From Escherichia coli (GTDB lineage Bacteria > Pseudomonadota > Gammaproteobacteria > Enterobacterales > Enterobacteriaceae), in NCBI RefSeq assembly GCF_017348835.2, contig NZ_CP071375.1: a stretch of DNA of 64,000 bases, one strand, 5' to 3'. The notes below the pieces were generated by a model, which was not told the DNA's origin, made no database searches, and saw only the letters and a program-made list of their open reading frames with translations. Each line of letters starts with the position of its first letter. Position 1 is the stretch's first letter. Shown in pieces: positions 57,994 to 64,000 of the stretch. Made by a program: the position numbers and the translations under genes.

Positions 57994-59121
57994 ATGATTA
58001 AAAAAATAAGCGTAAGAAAAGATCAGCTGGCATTACTCTCCAGAAACGGCGATTACTACAAAGTGCTGCATGCAGGCGAGCATATTTTACCCTGGTTAAA
58101 TACCCCGGAAGTGTTGCTGATTACGCTGGATGGTAGCGAAGTTCCCGACGTGCTTGCGGATTATTTGCGCCGCTTTCAGCCTGATTGGGTGGAGAAATAT
58201 TGCCTGGTGGCAGACTTGTCGGAGACTGAAGCCGGGGTGTTGTATATGGACGGTATTTTGTTGGAGATCCTGCCGCCATCAACGCGTCGTTTGTACTGGC
58301 GTGTAGAGGATGATTTGACGCTGGTGCGGATGAATACGCAGCAAGTCCCGGTACAAACGGAGGTGATGAATGCGGTATTACAGCCACGGCGCAAAGGAGT
58401 TGTTAAAGGCCGCGATGCGATACTGACGGTGCAGGTTCCGGCCTGGCATGTAGGCGTGCTGAAAATCGATGGTGAAACGCAGGCGCTGTTACCGCCGGGG
58501 CTGACTGCGTACTGGAAAATAAATCATCTGGTTGAAGCTGAAGTTGTCGACACCCGCTTGCAGGTACTGGAAGTCAGCGGGCAAGAAATCTTAACGAAAG
58601 ATAAGGTCAATCTGCGGATTAATCTCGCCGCTAACTGGCGCTATAGCGATGTGTTGCTGGCATTTAGTCAGCTAACGAAGCCGATTGATCATTTGTATCG
58701 GGAATTACAATTTGCCCTGCGTGAAGCGGTAGGTACGCGCACACTGGATGAACTGCTGGAAGATAAACAGGTCATTGATGACGTTGTTAGCGAGCAGGTG
58801 AAACTACGCATGAAGCCGTTCGGTATGGAGATCGCTTCGTTAGGAGTAAAAGATATCGTCCTGCCTGGCGATATGAAAAATATTCTTGCGCAACTGGTAG
58901 AGGCGGAGAAATCCGCGCAGGCCAATGTGATTCGCCGACGTGAAGAAACGGCAGCGACGCGCTCGTTACTGAACACCGCCAAAGTCATGGAGAACAATCC
59001 GGTAGCGTTGCGTTTAAAAGAGCTGGAAACGCTGGAGAGAGTGGCTGAGCGGATTGATAACATCTCTGTATTTGGCGGTCTGGATCAGGTTCTGCATGGG
59101 TTGGTTAATATCAAAGGGTGA
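57994..59121 (+). CDS. SPFH/band-7 (stomatin-like) domain protein with an unassigned ~180-aa N-terminal region
   Basis: 375-aa ORF with RBS. C-terminal half (GQEILTKDKVNLRINLAANWRY...IASLGVKDIVLPGDMKNILAQLVEAEKSAQANVIRRRE...) is stomatin/prohibitin-like. No obvious transmembrane helix. Confidence 0.7.
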   Translation: MIKKISVRKDQLALLSRNGDYYKVLHAGEHILPWLNTPEVLLITLDGSEVPDVLADYLRRFQPDWVEKYCLVADLSETEAGVLYMDGILLEILPPSTRRLYWRVEDDLTLVRMNTQQVPVQTEVMNAVLQPRRKGVVKGRDAILTVQVPAWHVGVLKIDGETQALLPPGLTAYWKINHLVEAEVVDTRLQVLEVSGQEILTKDKVNLRINLAANWRYSDVLLAFSQLTKPIDHLYRELQFALREAVGTRTLDELLEDKQVIDDVVSEQVKLRMKPFGMEIASLGVKDIVLPGDMKNILAQLVEAEKSAQANVIRRREETAATRSLLNTAKVMENNPVALRLKELETLERVAERIDNISVFGGLDQVLHGLVNIKG

Positions 59122-59126
59122 GTAAC

Positions 59127-59918
59127 ATGCCATTAAATGGAGTCAGTGCTGCGATGCGCGAAAGGGTATCGCAGCAGTTAAAAGAAATTGAACGTCGCTA
59201 TGGCGTGAAAGTGCTGTACGCCTGCGAATCGGGGAGTCGCGGCTGGGGATTTGCTTCGCCCGACAGCGATTACGATGTGCGGTTTTTGTATGTCCATCCG
59301 CTGGAATGGTATCTGCGGGTAGAGGCACCACGCGATGTTATCGAACTGCCCATCGACGACGAGTTAGATGTTTCCGGTTGGGAATGGCGCAAAGCGCTGG
59401 GATTGCTGAAAGGTGCGAATCCCACGCTAATTGAATGGCTGGATTCACCGGTGGTCTATCAGCAAGATGAAGAGACGATAACGGCGCTTAAGGCAATGGT
59501 CCCAACGTGGTTTTCTCCGTTGCGTGCGCGCTGGCATTACTATTCGATGGCGCAGAAAAACTTCCGCGGATATTTGCAGGGCGATGAAGTTCGACTGAAA
59601 AAATACTTTTACGTGCTGCGTCCGTTGCTGGCCGTGCGTTGGGTTGAAGCGGGAAAAGGCGTACCGCCAATGCGTTTTTCCGAATTGCTGGCGGGAAGTG
59701 AGTTGGATGCGGCCTTACGCGCAGAAATAGATGAATTACTGGAACGTAAACAGCGTGCGGGTGAAGCGGAATATGGCCCACGCCGTCCATTGCTACATGC
59801 GTTTATCCATGCGGAACTGGCGCGTGGGGAAATTCCGCCTGTGTTACCGGATAGTAGAGAAGGGGACGTTAAGAAACTGGATAGCTTACTGTACCAGACG
59901 GTAATGCGCCGGGCGTGA
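59127..59918 (+). CDS. Pol-beta-superfamily nucleotidyltransferase
   Basis: 263 aa from ATG 59127 (a GTG at 59118 would overlap the upstream stop by 4 nt); motif GSRGWGFASPDSDYDV fits GS-x10-DhDh. Confidence 0.7.
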   Translation: MPLNGVSAAMRERVSQQLKEIERRYGVKVLYACESGSRGWGFASPDSDYDVRFLYVHPLEWYLRVEAPRDVIELPIDDELDVSGWEWRKALGLLKGANPTLIEWLDSPVVYQQDEETITALKAMVPTWFSPLRARWHYYSMAQKNFRGYLQGDEVRLKKYFYVLRPLLAVRWVEAGKGVPPMRFSELLAGSELDAALRAEIDELLERKQRAGEAEYGPRRPLLHAFIHAELARGEIPPVLPDSREGDVKKLDSLLYQTVMRRA

Positions 59919-59933
59919 TGCCCGGCGTTATTT
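59908..59933. terminator. Bidirectional terminator-like hairpin between convergent genes
   Basis: cgccgggc-gtga-gcccggcg followed by TTATTT; spans the nucleotidyltransferase stop codon. Confidence 0.6.
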
Positions 59934-59950
59934 CAGGTCATCAGCTTTTA

Positions 59951-60880
59951 TTATTCTTGTGCACTTCCGCTGATTTCATTTTGTATATGCGTTGCAATAT
60001 CGCAATTGGTTGCCGCTTGTGAACTAAATATCATCTTCTCACGCGAATACACCGCAAACTTATCTGCCAGGTTTGAAGCAAACACCTTGCTGGCATTTTC
60101 TGCTAGCAAATCGGTAACGATATCATGGTGATTTTTATCCACTTTGCGGGCGATATTTCCCGCCTCTTTGTCCTTATTATACCCTTCGTTGGTGCTTTCC
60201 CAGCTTAATGCCGCTGAGGTGGTTTTTATCATGACTTCTGTTCGGTAGCCTGCATCTTTGAGTTTTTTTAATGTTTGTAGCGGCGTAGCGGCATTACGAA
60301 ATGTTCCTTCGACAACAATATTGAGTTTATTGGCTATGGCCCTCTCTATTGCACGTTCGACCGTTTCGCCGGAAAATTTTGCCGTATGGGTAACAAAATC
60401 GTCGCCATAAGTTTGATATATATAATTAAAATCAGGGTGTAGAAATCTGAAATCATCACCATTAATAATCATTATATTATTCTTTGTTTCCCTTTTTGCT
60501 AATTCGATTAGGGCGGATTTTCCGGCTCCTGGTTGTCCACCTAAAACAAAACCAATGGGACTCTGCTGGGATGTGACGTCATGGTTTGTCAGACGCTGCC
60601 AAATAGAATCAAAAGACGCTTTATTTTCTGAATGCGCAGTATTATTAAATTCACGCTGATACTTTTTTCTGACCTGCTGGAGGCGTAACTTTCCCTGTGT
60701 AAAATCAACAAGTTCTGCTGGAGTGGAATAAAGATTGTCGCGATAGCTGACTAATTGTGATAGCTCATCGTCTGAGTCCTGAACTTGTGAGGAAAAACAA
60801 CTGTCGACGATATTTGATAAAAACGCGATGCACTGACTGGTGCCGTTTAAAAGTGCATCTTTTTCCATTAAAGTAGCCAT
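59951..60880 (-). CDS. Zeta-toxin-family kinase with ~100-aa N-terminal extension (EzeT-like)
   Basis: 309 aa from ATG 60880 with AGGAG RBS; Walker A GGQPGAGKS ~115 residues from the N-terminus; AT-rich codon usage. Confidence 0.65.
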   Translation of the reverse strand: MATLMEKDALLNGTSQCIAFLSNIVDSCFSSQVQDSDDELSQLVSYRDNLYSTPAELVDFTQGKLRLQQVRKKYQREFNNTAHSENKASFDSIWQRLTNHDVTSQQSPIGFVLGGQPGAGKSALIELAKRETKNNIMIINGDDFRFLHPDFNYIYQTYGDDFVTHTAKFSGETVERAIERAIANKLNIVVEGTFRNAATPLQTLKKLKDAGYRTEVMIKTTSAALSWESTNEGYNKDKEAGNIARKVDKNHHDIVTDLLAENASKVFASNLADKFAVYSREKMIFSSQAATNCDIATHIQNEISGSAQE

Positions 60881-60981
60881 TAACACTCCTGTTAAATAAT
60901 ATTTTTCGGTGATTATAATACTGTTCTACAGGAGTGATTTTGCATTTCAGATATTATTTAATCTATGTTTGCAGTGAGGAT

Positions 60982-61012
60982 GGCGTATAACAATTGGTGA
61001 GCGTTATACGCC
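60982..61012. promoter_or_regulatory. 10-bp perfect inverted repeat between lysC stop and the zeta-like gene
   Basis: GGCGTATAAC-11 nt-GTTATACGCC; no T-run follows on either strand. Confidence 0.4.
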
Positions 61013-61024
61013 AGTAGGAAAATA

Positions 61025-62374
61025 TTACTCAAACAAATTACTATGCAGTTTTTGCACCACCTGCTCGGCATCTTCGCCGGGCACCAGGAAGCACAGGTTA
61101 TGGCTGGATGCGCCGTAACAAATCATGCGAATGTTGAACGGTTCCAGTACGCCGAATACCTCTTTGCCAACGCCGCAGGCTTTTGACAGGTCATTGCCAA
61201 TCAACGCGACCAGCGCCAGACCTTCTTCTACTTCCACCCGGCACAGTGCGGAAAGCTCCATCAGCAGAGATTGCGTCAGCAACGTATCGCCAGTGGAGGT
61301 TGAACCGGTGGTATCAAGGGTTAATGCCACGCTCACTTCTGACGTGGTGATTAAGTCTACCGAAATATTATGCCGCGCGAGGATGCCGAAAACTTCCGCG
61401 AGGAAGCCGCGAGAATGCAGCATATTCAGGCTGTGCAAAGTGAGCAGAGTCTGATTGCGACGAAGCGCCAGCGCGCGGAACAGCGGCGGATTTTCAGTTT
61501 TATTGCATACCAGCGTACCACCTGCGCGTGGGTCTTTGCTGGAGCCGACAAAGACCGGGATATCGCTGCGTACTGCGGGTAGCAATGTTGCCGGATGCAG
61601 TACTTTTGCACCAAAAGTTGCCATCTCTGCTGCTTCGGCAAACGCGATTTCATCAATGCGTTTTGCTGCGGAAACCACGCGTGGATCGGTGGTGTAGATG
61701 CCCGGGACGTCGGTCCAGATATCAACACGAGATGCGTGTAAAGCCTCCGCCAGCAAGGCTGCCGTATAATCGCTGCCTCCACGGCCAAGCGTCGTTGTAC
61801 GACCTTTATTTTCGCTACCGATAAATCCCTGGGTGATCACTAAACCTTCATTGAGACGTGGGAGCAGCTGCAGCGCGGCCAGTTCCGCCAGCGCGGCTAT
61901 ATCTGGCTCTGCACGACCAAATCGGTCGTTGGTACGCATCACTTTACGTACATCAAACCACTGTGCCTGAACATCGCGTTCGCGCAGGATCTCAACAAAC
62001 AGCAGGGTCGACATCAGCTCGCCGTGGCTGACCAGCTCATCTGTCAGCGCCGGAGACGTTGCCAGCGCCGCCGCTTCTGCCAGAACAGTAATGTTCTCCA
62101 GCAGACGTTCAATCTCTTCACGGATAACGTTCGGGTAACGCAGACGTTCCAGAATGGCAAACTGGATGTTGCGAATAGCGTCGAGTTTTTCGAATCGCTC
62201 GCCAGGTTCCAGCCCTTCCGCTAAAGCGACCAGCAGATTAGTGATACCAGCAGAAGCCGAGAGGACAACTAAACGCACGTTGGCATCAGAAAGCACAATA
62301 TCAGCGCTGCGGTTCATGGCGTCAAAATCAGCTACGCTGGTACCGCCAAATTTGGAGACAACAATTTCAGACAT
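61025..62374 (-). CDS. lysC: Lysine-sensitive aspartokinase III
   Basis: 449-aa ORF MSEIVVSKFGGTSVADFDAMNRSADIVL... with C-terminal ACT domains. Confidence 0.96.
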   Translation of the reverse strand: MSEIVVSKFGGTSVADFDAMNRSADIVLSDANVRLVVLSASAGITNLLVALAEGLEPGERFEKLDAIRNIQFAILERLRYPNVIREEIERLLENITVLAEAAALATSPALTDELVSHGELMSTLLFVEILRERDVQAQWFDVRKVMRTNDRFGRAEPDIAALAELAALQLLPRLNEGLVITQGFIGSENKGRTTTLGRGGSDYTAALLAEALHASRVDIWTDVPGIYTTDPRVVSAAKRIDEIAFAEAAEMATFGAKVLHPATLLPAVRSDIPVFVGSSKDPRAGGTLVCNKTENPPLFRALALRRNQTLLTLHSLNMLHSRGFLAEVFGILARHNISVDLITTSEVSVALTLDTTGSTSTGDTLLTQSLLMELSALCRVEVEEGLALVALIGNDLSKACGVGKEVFGVLEPFNIRMICYGASSHNLCFLVPGEDAEQVVQKLHSNLFE

Positions 62375-62399
62375 AACTACCTCGTGTCAGGGGATCCAT

Positions 62400-62640
62400 T
62401 TTCAGCCTTGGCACAAGGGAAGAGCGGAAGACGGGTGGGCGCAGAGCGATACTTCGCTACTATTTTCACCCAGAAGTGCTCCACCACTTGCGAAACGCCC
62501 GACTGCGAACGCTTCTGGTGACAACCCAGGGGATTCAGCCCCTGTAGCCGATGATGAACGTGGCCAGCCGTTCAATCACCTCGGCGATGCACCCCCTCAG
62601 GTGTTATCACAGGACTGGCTCCTCCAACACCGTTACTTGG
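62400..62640 (-). promoter_or_regulatory. Lysine riboswitch (LYS element) in the lysC leader
   Basis: Long structured leader within the ~525-bp divergent lysC-pgi region; assigned from the known lysC leader, boundaries approximate. Confidence 0.5.
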
Positions 62641-62844
62641 GCAACGCGCCTCTTCTGGCCTGCGCTAGCGCAGGTAGTACATTTATAAATAAAGGGTGAG
62701 CGGGGCGGTTGTCAACGACGGGGTCATGCGGATTTTTCATCCACTCCTGGCGGTCAGTAGTTCAGCTAATAAATGCTTCACTGCGCTAAGGGTTTACACT
62801 CAACATTACGCTAACGGCACTAAAACCATCACATTTTTCTGTGA

Positions 62845-64000
<1,156 letters not shown>

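Overview
This window is an Escherichia coli-type chromosomal segment running from the 3' part of rpoC to the 5' part of pgi. The conserved backbone reads rpoC, yjaZ, thiCEFSGH, rsd, nudC, hemE, nfi, yjaG, hupA, yjaH, zraP, zraSR, purHD, an rrnE-type rRNA operon (16S, tRNA-Glu, 23S, 5S), yjaA, yjaB, metA, aceBAK, arpA, iclR, metH, yjbB, pepE, rluF, yjbD, lysC, pgi. Three blocks interrupt the K-12-type gene order, recalled from memory and not checked against a database. (1) About 6.5 kb between metA and aceB encodes a sugar-acid catabolic cluster: split UxaA-type dehydratase, two oxidoreductases, an MFS transporter, an RraA-like aldolase and a divergent GntR regulator. (2) About 6 kb between pepE and rluF encodes a sorbose-type mannose-family PTS operon (sorCDFBAME-like). 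(3) About 3.5 kb between yjbD and lysC encodes an overlapping SPFH/band-7 protein and Pol-beta-type nucleotidyltransferase pair, convergent with a zeta-toxin-like kinase carrying an N-terminal extension. Block 3 is the best candidate for a poorly described system, possibly conflict or stress related, but that is inference. yjaZ (htrC) is split by a 1-nt frameshift at a G-run. No CRISPR array, integrase, transposase or IS element was seen. All coordinates include stop codons; functions are assigned from motifs and synteny read by eye, without any search.
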